Assembly: GCA_963663385.2 (NCBI GenBank)
Contig: CAXXXD010000002.1
Coordinates: 192,001 to 256,000, forward strand
DNA length: 64,000 nt
Source of the DNA: Oceanispirochaeta sp.
Lineage (GTDB): Bacteria; Spirochaetota; Spirochaetia; DSM-2461
Direction of reading: 5' to 3'
The stretch's first letter is position 1; every line of letters begins with the position of its first letter. A program made the position numbers and the translations under genes. Below are positions 9,519 to 19,798 of this stretch, piece after piece. The notes below the pieces were generated by a model that saw only the letters and a program-made list of their open reading frames with translations, was not told where the DNA came from and did no database searches.

Positions 9519-10563
9519 CCACTTTGTTCCGGCCGCTGTTTTTTGCTTCATAGAGAGCAATATCAGCTTTTGACATCATCTCATTAAAGGTCCGGAAATT
9601 TTCGGAAAACCGGATAACCCCTAAACTGACTGTAATATTGAATTTCTTCTTATCTGCTTTGAAAGAGATTTCACTGACTGTCATTCTTATCATTTCAGCT
9701 ATATCGCCGGCTGTCTCTAATGTCGTATTTCTAAGGATAAGACCGAATTCTTCCCCACCATGTCTTCCGAAGATATCCTCTGCTCGAATTTTTTTTCTGA
9801 TAGTGTCTGAAAAATCAATCAGGACTGTATCCCCGACATCATGGCCGTGTGTATCGTTTATGATTTTAAAGTGGTCAATATCCATGACTATTAAGCTGAA
9901 ACTGTAGCCGTATTTTCGGGCTAATTCAAACTCGAGTTCTCCCTGGTAGAAAAAACTCCGTCTGTTTGCTGACTGAGTCAGGGGATCTGTATTTGCCAAA
10001 TATTCTAGTTCATTGCTTTTTTTCGCAAGTGCGAGTGAAGAAATAAAGAATATAAAAAATGTAGTACCAATACTCGTTATTACCGAGAAAGCCGATAGTA
10101 TATTTACAGCAGTCGCATTAATCTCAAATATGTAAAAATTAATCTTAAAGTAGCTGCTGATCACATACAGGATTTGACAGGCAACTGTTATTATTAACGA
10201 AAAGTGTCGTTCCGACTTGTTTAGAAGATCCATTATGGTAAATGAAGTAATTGGTATTATGAAATAAAACAGGTCATATTTTGTATCAGGGGGAAACCAG
10301 AAGAAAGCTGCCAATGTAAGTTGTATGAAAAATGTAATGACTATTCCGTATTTTACAAACCTGTATCTTTTTGCTTTAACCAGTGGAAAAAGGAGCAGGT
10401 GAAATATAATATACAGGATATGAACGATAATGGCCGGTAGGAATCTTGCCCAGATAATATAGATGCAGAGGAAGATAAATGCAGAAATCGTAACAGCGGT
10501 GATAATGATATTCAGCAGTAATTCTGTATGATCAGGTTCATTAAATAAGGCAAGTTTCTTCAT
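9505..10563 (-). CDS. Membrane-anchored diguanylate cyclase
   Basis: About 6 hydrophobic helices, then TDPLT, DIDHFKIINDTHGHDVGD, RAED (I-site RxxD), GGEEF, AKNSGRN. Visibly AT-richer than its neighbours. Confidence 0.92.
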   Translation of the reverse strand: MKKLALFNEPDHTELLLNIIITAVTISAFIFLCIYIIWARFLPAIIVHILYIIFHLLLFPLVKAKRYRFVKYGIVITFFIQLTLAAFFWFPPDTKYDLFYFIIPITSFTIMDLLNKSERHFSLIITVACQILYVISSYFKINFYIFEINATAVNILSAFSVITSIGTTFFIFFISSLALAKKSNELEYLANTDPLTQSANRRSFFYQGELEFELARKYGYSFSLIVMDIDHFKIINDTHGHDVGDTVLIDFSDTIRKKIRAEDIFGRHGGEEFGLILRNTTLETAGDIAEMIRMTVSEISFKADKKKFNITVSLGVIRFSENFRTFNEMMSKADIALYEAKNSGRNKVVIYN

Positions 10564-10845
10564 GCCGTGTTTCCTTTCACAGTGCTATCCCCCCCAGAAC
10601 CCGGAATTTCTCCCTGTCTACATAAACAGTAATCTCATATGGTGTTTCCCGCACCTGTATTATTCACTCTACTATTCAGTATATGTTAATATTTTGTAAA
10701 GTTCATCCGGGATGTAAAACTGAACCCCGGATTAAAGAGGACTATAAAGCCTTCCAATGCAGATGCGGACAATTAAACAATTAATTACAAATATTTCATA
10801 AAATAGTTCTACGTTATTATAGTCCAAAGAGACTACTATAATTAC

Positions 10846-12240
10846 ATGCAAAAATCTCTCAACCAAGGCATTGTTATAGGCGGCACCCACTCGGGCTGCG
10901 GCAAAACCACCATTACCATGGGGCTTAACCGGGCTCTGAAAAACCGGGGCGTTGATGTGCAGCCCTGGAAGGCCGGCCCGGACTATATCGATCCCGGCTT
11001 TCACTCCATTGCCGCCGGCCGTATCTGCCGGAACCTGGACACCATGATTCTGGGGGATGAAGTTGTCCGTGAGATCTACAGCCGTCAGAACTGTGAACTC
11101 TCTGTTGTGGAAGGGGTGATGGGTCTCTTTGACGGAGCCGGCGGACGGGATGAAAGGGGCAGCGCCGCCCATCTTTCCAAACTGCTGAAACTCCCCGTTA
11201 TTCTGGTGATTGATGCCCGGTCCATGGCCCGCAGCGCCGGCGCCATAGCCCTGGGATATGACCGTTTTGACCCGGATGTGAATGTAGCCGGGTTTATTCT
11301 GAACAGGGTCGGGTCGACCCGGCACTATGCAATGGTAAAAGAGGCCGTGGAAGATGCCACGGGAAAGCCCGTACTGGGAGCTATCCCCCGGGACAATACG
11401 ATTGAAATGCCCGAAAGACACCTCGGTCTGGTTCCGGTCTGGGAAAAGGAAGAGGAATTCAGCAAATCCCTGGATTATCTGGCTTCTCTGATGGAAGAAC
11501 ATATCGATATGGATCTTTTATTGACTATAGCCTCCCAGGCGGAGGCGCTGCCCGAACCGGTGCATAGCGTTTTCAATCCTGCCCTGGCCGCTGCTCCGTC
11601 GGTCCGGATAGCCGTGGCAAAGGATGCGGCCTTTCATTTCTACTATGAGGATAACCTGGATCTCTTCCGGCACTGCGGAGCCGAAGTCGTTTACTTCAGC
11701 CCCCTTGCGGATGCTTCTCTCCCCGAAGGAACCGATGCGGTCTATATAGGCGGGGGATACCCCGAGCTGCATCCCCGGACCCTGTCTGAAAACAGGTCCC
11801 TTATTGAGGAGATCCGGTCCTGCTGTAACAGCGGGATGCCTCTTTTTGCCGAATGCGGCGGATTTATGTATCTGACGGAAGGGATTGCGGATGAGAAGGA
11901 TCGGTTTTACAGACTCCTCTCTCTCCTGCCCGGACAGACCAGGCTGGGGAATAAGGTCCGTGCCCTGGGATACTGCGAGGCCGTTTTCAGAAAAGACACC
12001 GTTCTGGGATCAAAAGGGGAGACCGCCAGAGGCCATGTTTTTCACTGGGCCGGTCTGGAAGCTGTGCCGGAAGAGGCGGAAAAGGCCCTTGATGTCAGAA
12101 AGGGAGATGATACAATCCGGGAAGGATTTACCTGGAAAAATGTTCTGGGCAGCTGGGTGCATCTGCATTTTGCCTCCAACCCGCCCATGGCCGCCGCCTT
12201 CATTGCCTCCGCGGCCCGATACAGGAGAAATTGTGTATGA
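10846..12240 (+). CDS. cbiA: Cobyrinate a,c-diamide synthase
   Basis: SGCGKTT, KAGPDYIDP, EGVMGLFDG, ERHLGL, AFHFYY, GGGYPE, AECGG. Confidence 0.96.
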   Translation: MQKSLNQGIVIGGTHSGCGKTTITMGLNRALKNRGVDVQPWKAGPDYIDPGFHSIAAGRICRNLDTMILGDEVVREIYSRQNCELSVVEGVMGLFDGAGGRDERGSAAHLSKLLKLPVILVIDARSMARSAGAIALGYDRFDPDVNVAGFILNRVGSTRHYAMVKEAVEDATGKPVLGAIPRDNTIEMPERHLGLVPVWEKEEEFSKSLDYLASLMEEHIDMDLLLTIASQAEALPEPVHSVFNPALAAAPSVRIAVAKDAAFHFYYEDNLDLFRHCGAEVVYFSPLADASLPEGTDAVYIGGGYPELHPRTLSENRSLIEEIRSCCNSGMPLFAECGGFMYLTEGIADEKDRFYRLLSLLPGQTRLGNKVRALGYCEAVFRKDTVLGSKGETARGHVFHWAGLEAVPEEAEKALDVRKGDDTIREGFTWKNVLGSWVHLHFASNPPMAAAFIASAARYRRNCV

Positions 12241-12869
12241 AAAAAGAGAGACAGTATCTGGAACCGGCGGAAATCTACCGCCGCAGTTTTTCCCTGATCA
12301 GTGAAGAGTTCGGGGACTATAAAGTGGCGGAGGACGAGATGCTCGTCCGGACCCGCATCGCCCATACCACGGCGGATGTGGAGTTTGCCAAAACCTTCCT
12401 TTTTCATCCCCGGGCCATTGAAGCCGGCGTACAGGCCCTGAAGGCGGGGAAAAAGATCTTTACGGATGTGTCCATGGTCTCTTCCGGGATCAGCCCCCGT
12501 GTGAAAAACCGGGATAATGAGCTGGTCTGCTACCTCTACGATGAGGATGTGGCGGAAGAGGCCAAACGGCGGGAAACTACCAAATCCGCCGCCGCCATTA
12601 CCAAGGGAATCGATCAGTATAAAGACGGAATTGTGGCCATAGGGAATGCTCCCACCGCCCTTTTCGAGCTGATTGATCTGATCAAGGAGGGGAAAGCCTC
12701 TCCCGCCCTGATCGTGGGGGTGCCTGTCGGGTTTGTGGGAGCCAGGGAGTCCAAAGTGGAACTGGCCGAACTGGATGTGCCCTTTATTACCAACCTGGAC
12801 CGCCGGGGGGGCAGCCCTATTGCCGCGGCTATTGTAAATGGTTTAATTGCTCTTGCGGAGAAATCTTGA
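12237..12869 (+). CDS. cbiC: Cobalt-precorrin-8 methylmutase
   Basis: RIAHTTAD, IGNAPTAL, GVPVGFVGA, GGSPIAAA. ATGA overlap with cbiA. Confidence 0.95.
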   Translation: MKKERQYLEPAEIYRRSFSLISEEFGDYKVAEDEMLVRTRIAHTTADVEFAKTFLFHPRAIEAGVQALKAGKKIFTDVSMVSSGISPRVKNRDNELVCYLYDEDVAEEAKRRETTKSAAAITKGIDQYKDGIVAIGNAPTALFELIDLIKEGKASPALIVGVPVGFVGARESKVELAELDVPFITNLDRRGGSPIAAAIVNGLIALAEKS

Positions 12870-13990
12870 GCCTATCCTATCGTGAGGTCCTTGGTAAGGT
12901 GGAAGGGCTTCAGAGGGGATTTACATCGGGGACCTGCGCTCAGGCGGTTTCCCGGGGGGCGGCGGAGATGCTCCTGTCCGGAGAGGTCTGCCCGGTTATC
13001 ACTGTCACTCTGAAGGGGGGGCTGGAACTGACTCTGCCCCTCGTGCATCAGGATATCCGTGAGAACAGCGCTTTCTGCGGGATAATCAAGGACAGCGGGG
13101 ATGATACGGACATTACAAACGGAAAGGAGTTCTGCGCGGAAGTTTCCTGGTCCGACTGTCCCGGTGTGGAAATCCTGGGCGGTAAAGGGGTCGGCCGTGT
13201 GACAAGGGAAGGGCTGCCCGTTCCCGTCGGAGAGGCGGCTATTAACCCCAATCCCAGAAAAATGATACGGAACGCTCTTGAACCTCTGCTGGAAGACCCT
13301 GCCGCCGGGGGACGGGGATTCCGGGTGGTTCTGTCCATCCCGGAGGGGGAAGAGCTGGCCCGTGAGACCTGGAACCCCCGGATCGGAATAGAGGGGGGCA
13401 TCAGTATTATCGGGACCTCCGGAATTGTCGAGCCGAAATCCTCCAAGGCCTTCAAGGCATCCATTGTCCTGCTGTTGAAGATGGCGGCAAGGAAAGACCC
13501 CTCCCGGGTCTATATAACACTCGGTTATGTAGGGGAAGCCTATCTGACCGGGCACCGGGGCGTGCAGAAAGAGGATATGATCGAAGTAGGGGATCATGTC
13601 GGGTTCGCTCTGGAGTCGGCCGCATCGAAAGGGTTCGGAGAAATTGTCTTTGCGGGACATATCGGAAAGATGGCCAAGGTCGCCTCCGGTCTTTTTAACA
13701 CCCACTGCAAGTACGGAGACGCCCGGCTTGAAACCGTTGCCGCCTGTGCGGCTGCCGCCGGCGCCTCAAGGGAGGATGTAGAGGCTCTTCTGGATATGAA
13801 AATGGCCGAAGCGGCGGTTTCCTATCTGCAGGAACGGCATCTGGAGGAGACCTTCCATATTATGAACAGGCGGCTGGTGGAACGCTGCCTGCTGCTGATT
13901 AAAAAAGAAATCCCCTTTACTTCGGTGATTCTGGATTTAAAGGGTAATCCCCTGTCCATCTGGAAGAGACCGCAGGAAAAATTGGAATAA
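12866..13990 (+). CDS. cbiD: Cobalt-precorrin-5B C1-methyltransferase
   Basis: RGFTSGTCA, KDSGDDTDIT, NPRIGIEGGISIIGTSGIV, GHIGKMAK. TTG start. Confidence 0.95.
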   Translation: MSLSYREVLGKVEGLQRGFTSGTCAQAVSRGAAEMLLSGEVCPVITVTLKGGLELTLPLVHQDIRENSAFCGIIKDSGDDTDITNGKEFCAEVSWSDCPGVEILGGKGVGRVTREGLPVPVGEAAINPNPRKMIRNALEPLLEDPAAGGRGFRVVLSIPEGEELARETWNPRIGIEGGISIIGTSGIVEPKSSKAFKASIVLLLKMAARKDPSRVYITLGYVGEAYLTGHRGVQKEDMIEVGDHVGFALESAASKGFGEIVFAGHIGKMAKVASGLFNTHCKYGDARLETVAACAAAAGASREDVEALLDMKMAEAAVSYLQERHLEETFHIMNRRLVERCLLLIKKEIPFTSVILDLKGNPLSIWKRPQEKLE

Positions 13991-14000
13991 AGGAAATCAT

Positions 14001-14735
14001 ATGTCGAACCAAACGGTCCGGAAAGGGACCCTCTACGCTATAGGTCTGGGTCCGGGAGACCCGGATCTGCTGACGGTTAAAGCTGTCAAAATACTGAAAA
14101 AAGCGGATGCCATCATAGTCCCGAAGGCCAGGATAAAAGCCGACTCTGTTGCCAGGGACATTGTGAGCCGGGCTCTCGGAACGGACCTGCCCTTTGTGGA
14201 GCAGGTCTTTCCCATGAGCCGGGACCGGGGAGATCTGGAGCGCCACTGGAAGGAGGCCGCCTGCACGGTGCTGGACCGCCTGAAAGATGGTGAGGATGTT
14301 GCCTTTGTTACACTGGGAGATGTTTCCCTGTACAGCACTTTTTCCTATATGGAAAGCGCTCTGAAAGAGATGGATCCTTCGGTTAAACCCGTACTGGTTC
14401 CGGGAATCTCCAGCATACAGCTGGCGGCGGTCCGTTTTGAACACCCCCTTGCCCTGGGGGACGAATCCTACGGGGTGTATCCTCTGCCGGAAAATCTGGA
14501 GGATCTGGACAGTGCTCTGAGCGAGCACGATACGGTGATGCTGATGAAAATCGGCCAGCGTCTGGAGGAGGTAAAGGAATATCTGGCAGGGAAGGATCTT
14601 CTGGGCCGCACGGGATTTGTCCGCCGGGCGGGATTCCCTGACGAGTTCCTGGCTCCGTCTCTAAATGATCTGAATCCGGATGAGACCGGGTATCTGTCTA
14701 TCCTGATGGTGAGAACGGGAAGAACTCAGGCATGA
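14001..14735 (+). CDS. cbiL: Cobalt-factor II/precorrin-2 C20-methyltransferase
   Basis: GLGPGDPDLLTVKA, FPM, TLGDVSLYST, VPGISS, LMKIG. Confidence 0.93.
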   Translation: MSNQTVRKGTLYAIGLGPGDPDLLTVKAVKILKKADAIIVPKARIKADSVARDIVSRALGTDLPFVEQVFPMSRDRGDLERHWKEAACTVLDRLKDGEDVAFVTLGDVSLYSTFSYMESALKEMDPSVKPVLVPGISSIQLAAVRFEHPLALGDESYGVYPLPENLEDLDSALSEHDTVMLMKIGQRLEEVKEYLAGKDLLGRTGFVRRAGFPDEFLAPSLNDLNPDETGYLSILMVRTGRTQA

Positions 14736-15487
14736 AAATCTACTTTATAGGGGCCGGACCGGGAGACCCCGAACTGATTACAGTCAAAGGACAGGAGCTT
14801 CTGAAAAAAGCGGATATTGTTATTTATGCGGGTTCTCTGGTTTCTCCGGAAGTCCTGAAAGTCTGCCGGAAGGAGGCGGAGATCCTGGATTCCGCTTCCA
14901 TGAACCTGGATGAAGTGGCAGCGGTCTACCGTAAAATGAAAGACCGGGAAGGGATTATTGTCCGCCTCCATACGGGCGACCCTTCGGTTTACGGGGCCAT
15001 ACAGGAACAGATGGATCTTCTGAAGGAGTGGGGCGTCCCCTATGAAGTCATCCCGGGGGTATCCTCCTTTCAGGCTTCTTCCGCCGCCCTGCAGCAGCAG
15101 CTGACCCTGCCGGGGGTGAGTCAGTCTGTCATCCTGACCCGAATATCGGGACGGACAAAAACGCCTGCCCTGGAGGATCTTTCCCTGCTGGCCCGGGCTC
15201 ATGCCACAATGGTCCTGTTTCTGAGTGTGGATCAGACGGAAAAAGTGCAGGCGAAACTCCTGCCCGAGTATGGCCCCGGTACCCCGGTTGCGGTTGTTTA
15301 CCGGGCTTCCTGGCCGGATGAGAAAATTGTCAGGGGAACACTGGGCGGCCTGCATAAAATGGTAACGGAGGCAGGAATTACAAGGCAGGCCCTAATCTTT
15401 GTGGGCAATGTGCTGGACTCGGAGTATGAAAAATCCAGACTCTACGATGCGGCCTTTACCCACGGGTTCCGGGAGGGATCGGAGTGA
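14732..15487 (+). CDS. cbiF: Cobalt-precorrin-4 C11-methyltransferase
   Basis: GAGPGDPELIT, YAGSLV, RLHTGDPSVYGAIQEQ, LYDAAFTHGFR. Confidence 0.96.
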   Translation: MKIYFIGAGPGDPELITVKGQELLKKADIVIYAGSLVSPEVLKVCRKEAEILDSASMNLDEVAAVYRKMKDREGIIVRLHTGDPSVYGAIQEQMDLLKEWGVPYEVIPGVSSFQASSAALQQQLTLPGVSQSVILTRISGRTKTPALEDLSLLARAHATMVLFLSVDQTEKVQAKLLPEYGPGTPVAVVYRASWPDEKIVRGTLGGLHKMVTEAGITRQALIFVGNVLDSEYEKSRLYDAAFTHGFREGSE

Positions 15488-16230
15488 AAGTCGCTATTAC
15501 GGCCATTACGGAGAATGGTCTGGCTTCGGCAAGGGAACTTTCCGCGGGGCTTCCGGATTCCGAGGTTTTCAATCTCAAGGGAAAGGGAAAGCTCAAGAGT
15601 TGGGTGGAGGATAACTTCCATCGATACGAAGGGCATGTCTTTATTATGTCCATGGGGATTGTCTACAGGCTTATCGCCCCCGGGATTACGGATAAGTACC
15701 ATGATCCTGCGGTGGTTGTGGTGGATGATGCCGGGCGTTATGCCATCGCCGCTCTTTCGGGTCACGAAGGCGGGGCGAATGCCCTGACATTCAAGGTCGC
15801 CCGGATCCTGAATGCCCAGCCTGTGGTAACAACCGCTTCCGATACAAACCGGAGGGTCATTATAGGAATCGGCTGTCGGAAGGGAACCGGACAGGATGAG
15901 ATTAAACGGGCTGTCGCACAGGCTCTGAATGAGAAGGAAATCAGAGCGGATGAGGTCCGTCTGGCTGTTTCGGTGGATATCAAGAAAGAGGAGGAGGGGA
16001 TGATCGAAGCCTTTGACGGGTTGGGTATCCCTCTCCTGTTCATCTCCTCCGATGCCATACGGAATTTTACAGGCTATAAGAATGTTTCCGAAGCGGCGCA
16101 GCGGCAGCTGGGACTCCCCGGCGTGTCGGAACCCTGTGCCCTGCTGGGAGGAAGAGATACCGTTCTGATTCAGGAGCGGATGAAAATCGGGCCGGTTACC
16201 ATTGCTCTGGCCCGGGAGGATGCACAATGA
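15484..16230 (+). CDS. cbiG: Cobalt-precorrin-5A hydrolase (short form)
   Basis: DKYHDPAVVVVD, LSGHEGGAN, VTTASD joined directly to IGIGCRKG, then GVSEPCAL. Confidence 0.92.
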   Translation: MKVAITAITENGLASARELSAGLPDSEVFNLKGKGKLKSWVEDNFHRYEGHVFIMSMGIVYRLIAPGITDKYHDPAVVVVDDAGRYAIAALSGHEGGANALTFKVARILNAQPVVTTASDTNRRVIIGIGCRKGTGQDEIKRAVAQALNEKEIRADEVRLAVSVDIKKEEEGMIEAFDGLGIPLLFISSDAIRNFTGYKNVSEAAQRQLGLPGVSEPCALLGGRDTVLIQERMKIGPVTIALAREDAQ

Positions 16231-16964
16231 AAGGACAGTTGACCGTGGTCAGCACGGGGCCCGGCAAACGGGACTATATTATTCCCGCGGCGGAGCAGGC
16301 ATTGAAGGAAGCGGATGCCGTAGCCGGATATAAAACCTATCTGGAGCTGGTGGCGGATCTGATTGAAGGGAAAAAGATTATCTCCAACGGGATGCGTCAG
16401 GAGGTGGAGCGCTGTGAGGCCGCCATCAAAGAGGCCCGCTCAGGAAGCCGGGTCTGTATCATTTCCGGCGGGGATGCCGGGGTCTACGGTCTGGCGGGGC
16501 TTGTTCTGGAACTTCTGGAGCCGGAAGAGCAGTCCGGCGTGCGGGTTATCCCCGGGGTGACATCCGCTACAGCCTGTGCGTCCCTGCTGGGGGCTCCCCT
16601 GATTCACGATTTTGCCGTCATTTCTCTGAGTAATCTGCTGACTGAAAGCGATCTGATCCGGAAAAGGCTCCGTCTGGCAGCTGAGGGAGACTTTGTAACG
16701 GTAATCTATAATCCCAGGAGTACCAAAAGAACGGAACTGTTCTACGAAACAGGAGATATCTTTTTAAAGCACCGCTCTCCCGAAACGCCTGTGGGGATAG
16801 TCAAAGACGCCTACAGGGATTCCCAAACCATCCGGACCGTTGCGCTTTCGGAACTGAAGGAGCAGGAGTGGGTGGATATGCGGACAACCCTGGTTATAGG
16901 GAATTCCCAGACCGGAATTTCCGGGGGGCGGATGGTGACCCCCCGGGGGTACAGGATCGGTTAA
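16227..16964 (+). CDS. cbiH: Cobalt-factor III/precorrin-3B C17-methyltransferase
   Basis: GYKTY, SGGDAGVYG, LGAPLIHDFAVISLS, YNPRS, DMRTTLVIGNS, TPRGY. Confidence 0.95.
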   Translation: MKGQLTVVSTGPGKRDYIIPAAEQALKEADAVAGYKTYLELVADLIEGKKIISNGMRQEVERCEAAIKEARSGSRVCIISGGDAGVYGLAGLVLELLEPEEQSGVRVIPGVTSATACASLLGAPLIHDFAVISLSNLLTESDLIRKRLRLAAEGDFVTVIYNPRSTKRTELFYETGDIFLKHRSPETPVGIVKDAYRDSQTIRTVALSELKEQEWVDMRTTLVIGNSQTGISGGRMVTPRGYRIG

Positions 16965-16973
16965 ATAGAAATC

Positions 16974-18758
16974 TTACCGCAATTCAACAATTGAAGCCGG
17001 GGGAACCGGGAGCGTTTCAATTGTATTCCGGATTTTCCCCGATGCTACTTCCCTGCCGCAGCAGTCTATAACTGCGTATTCCCGTGGGGCTGCCTTCTCG
17101 GGTGATTTTATAATAACTTCTTTCTCCCAGGCCGCATTGATCAGGTATACGGACCTGTCCTTATCCGGTTCTGCCACAATCCTGTTGTAACAGACGATAA
17201 TCTGTTCATTCCCCTCTCTGAAGGTTACCTGATCATAGAGCCCCGAGGGACAGCTCGGTTCGATGGATCCATCTATCAGGGTTTTTCTGTGGGAATTGTA
17301 AAAACTCAGCCAGTGACGAACCATCTCCCTGTGTTCATCGGAAAGGGGCGCCAGCAGAACGGATACCTGGGGAACTGAAAAGAGAGTATGGGTAAACTGC
17401 ATGGAGGCACTTTCTGCAGACTCTTCTCTGTTCCACATAAGAGGGTCCGCATGGGTGGCAGTTCTGCCGCAGAGAAGCCGGATATCCAGCAGGCTTACCC
17501 GGTTGGTCAGAGAACTGTTGGGGCAGTCGTTGGAACGGAACACATTTCCGTACTTCCGGCTGAGGGGGCCTATATAGGCCTGGCGGCATTCCAGGATAAT
17601 CTCCGGTTTCCGGGCTTTCAGGCGGGCCGCCAGATCTGTCAGCAGGGTGTCAACCGCATCAGGGACGGCGGGTATATCCATTCCCGGACCGGGAGGGTTC
17701 TTTTCGGCGGAAGCGCGGGAAAAGCGGTCAATAAAATCCAGTTTGAATCCGTCCAGGTCCCACTCTTCCAGGGCTTTTTCATAGGTCCGGATAATATGCT
17801 CTCTCACTTCGGGAAAACGGGGATCCAGAACATGCCATTCCGGGTAGGGGGGATCGATTTCCAGTGTCCTGTTTTTCCATTTTTTGAATTCTTGTGTTCT
17901 TTCCCCTATATAGGGCAGGGCATACCAGAGCATGCAGGTCATATCCATATTATGTATTTTGTCCACCAGCTTCCTCATATCGGGAATCTTGGATGCTGCC
18001 GGTTTCCACTCACCGCAATAGGCATATGTTCTGCCAATGTCTTCGGTCTGCCATCCGTCATCAATTATAATCCCTCCGAATCCAAGCTCCTTTCCCCTTA
18101 TGCACTCTTCAAGTATGATTTTTTCGTTAAGATCAAGGTGAAAGCTGTACCAGGTGGAGAGGAGGGGACGTTTTGCTTTGTCGGGAGTGATCAGCGGAGG
18201 ATAGAGCCCTTCCCACCAGGATGCCGTTTCCTTCAGGCATTTGTGATAGGGGAGGGCTCTTTCATCCAGTCTGATTTTCAGAGCAAGGGTTTTTCTGCCG
18301 CTTCCGTCAGAAGGGATGCGGATAACGCATTTGAACCGGGCGGTTTCTTCATTGACCCCGCTGTCCAGATACAGGGTTCTCCGGGCATCATCCAGAGCCA
18401 GGGTCAGAGCATTCCTGCCATCGTAACGGTACAGGCTGATAACCGGCGCCCAGGAAACCGCCTGTGACCGGAAGCCTTTGATCCAGTCCGCACTAAATCC
18501 CTTATTGAACCCGAGGGAGGGATTCCATAGGGCATGGAACTCTTTCAAGGGAGTCCACAGGATCAGTTCAAGATCAGGAAGGGCTTCTTCCGATACCCAT
18601 TTTATATTTATATACCGGATACCCTCTTCCGCTCCGGAATCCTTTGCAGCCTCCACGTGATATGTTTCAGAGTTTCCCGCTTCCATCTGTACCGATCCGA
18701 GTTCGATTGTACCGGCAATTTCCCTTTTCTCATTCATTTGCTTTTTATCCTTTATCAT
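16974..18758 (-). CDS. Glycoside hydrolase family 36 (alpha-galactosidase-like)
   Basis: STWYSFH, IIDDGWQ, DGFKLDFID nucleophile motif, FRSNDCP. Confidence 0.85.
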   Translation of the reverse strand: MIKDKKQMNEKREIAGTIELGSVQMEAGNSETYHVEAAKDSGAEEGIRYINIKWVSEEALPDLELILWTPLKEFHALWNPSLGFNKGFSADWIKGFRSQAVSWAPVISLYRYDGRNALTLALDDARRTLYLDSGVNEETARFKCVIRIPSDGSGRKTLALKIRLDERALPYHKCLKETASWWEGLYPPLITPDKAKRPLLSTWYSFHLDLNEKIILEECIRGKELGFGGIIIDDGWQTEDIGRTYAYCGEWKPAASKIPDMRKLVDKIHNMDMTCMLWYALPYIGERTQEFKKWKNRTLEIDPPYPEWHVLDPRFPEVREHIIRTYEKALEEWDLDGFKLDFIDRFSRASAEKNPPGPGMDIPAVPDAVDTLLTDLAARLKARKPEIILECRQAYIGPLSRKYGNVFRSNDCPNSSLTNRVSLLDIRLLCGRTATHADPLMWNREESAESASMQFTHTLFSVPQVSVLLAPLSDEHREMVRHWLSFYNSHRKTLIDGSIEPSCPSGLYDQVTFREGNEQIIVCYNRIVAEPDKDRSVYLINAAWEKEVIIKSPEKAAPREYAVIDCCGREVASGKIRNTIETLPVPPASIVELR

Positions 18759-18863
18759 ATTGGAATATCACTAATTCATCATAGTTTGGTTTTTTAAGGC
18801 TGTTATATACGATATAAGGGATAAAGCTTATGAAATACGCTCATTTGTATGTTATGATACTCT

Positions 18864-19778
18864 ATGCAGTATGACTCTTTTTCAAAGAATACCCCGGCTC
18901 AGAACAGCCGCCTATTTCTCCGACGACCCGTAGAAGGGGGGCTGAGGGAATTCCCGCTTTCAATAGAGAAGGCAGGCTATGCGCGCTGGTACAAAGGAAC
19001 CGCTTACCGGAGGAGCCGGGAGCACCGGGAGCTGACGGTGGAACTCGTTATACGGGGCAGCTGCCTGGTTACCCTCGATGATTGGAATTTTACGGTTTCC
19101 CGGGGGGGCGGGTACATTCTGCCTCCCGGGCGGCCCCATTCCTACACCACCGGTCCGGAGGGTATCCTTCATAAAAGGTTTCTTACGTTCTGCGCGACCG
19201 AACCGGGAATCCTTTCCTCTCTGATAGAAATGGCCGGGCCGATCTGCCCTGCAGATTTCACACTGTTAAGAAAGCTGTTTAAAGCTGTAACCGCGGAAAT
19301 TTCCGGACAATCCGACGGGATTGTTTTAAGCTCTCTGGCATACAGGATTATTCTGGAGCTGCAGAGGGGCATAGCGGGGCATTATCCCCGTCCCGTTGAA
19401 TCTGCTCTGAATTATTTTCATCACAACCTGAACCGGAATATAACTGCCGGGGAACTGGCAGCCCATACGGGTACCAGTATCTCTCATCTCAACCGGTTGT
19501 TCGCCGCTTCCCTGAACAGTTCCCCCCTGAGGATTTTCCATGATCTGAAGATGAAATGGGCCGCCGACCTGATTGAAAATACGGAGTTTTCCATTAAGGA
19601 GATCGCCTATAAGACAGGCTTCGATACACCGGCTTATTTCTCCTCCCGGTTTAAGGCCTGTTACGGAATCAGCCCGAGGCAGCTCCGCCGCCTGGAAAAA
19701 AAATCCGGTCTCCCTTCAGATCGACATAAAAATACCCCTAGAGACCATTCACTTGTCTCCAGGGAATTTCCACTGTGA
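18864..19778 (+). CDS. AraC-family regulator with a cupin N-domain, divergent from GH36
   Basis: ILPPGRPHSY; C-terminal IKEIAYKTGFDTPAYFSSRFKACYGISP. Confidence 0.9.
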   Translation: MQYDSFSKNTPAQNSRLFLRRPVEGGLREFPLSIEKAGYARWYKGTAYRRSREHRELTVELVIRGSCLVTLDDWNFTVSRGGGYILPPGRPHSYTTGPEGILHKRFLTFCATEPGILSSLIEMAGPICPADFTLLRKLFKAVTAEISGQSDGIVLSSLAYRIILELQRGIAGHYPRPVESALNYFHHNLNRNITAGELAAHTGTSISHLNRLFAASLNSSPLRIFHDLKMKWAADLIENTEFSIKEIAYKTGFDTPAYFSSRFKACYGISPRQLRRLEKKSGLPSDRHKNTPRDHSLVSREFPL

Positions 19779-19798
19779 TTTTGAGATATTATTCCTGA

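Noticed and set aside
10564..10845. Cobalamin riboswitch upstream of cbiA
   Set aside because: No B12-box or GGGAA/GCCACTG-type blocks visible; AT-rich, and a -10 box abuts the ATG.
17388..18467. 359-aa plus-strand ORF
   Set aside because: Antisense shadow of the GH36 gene; no motifs.
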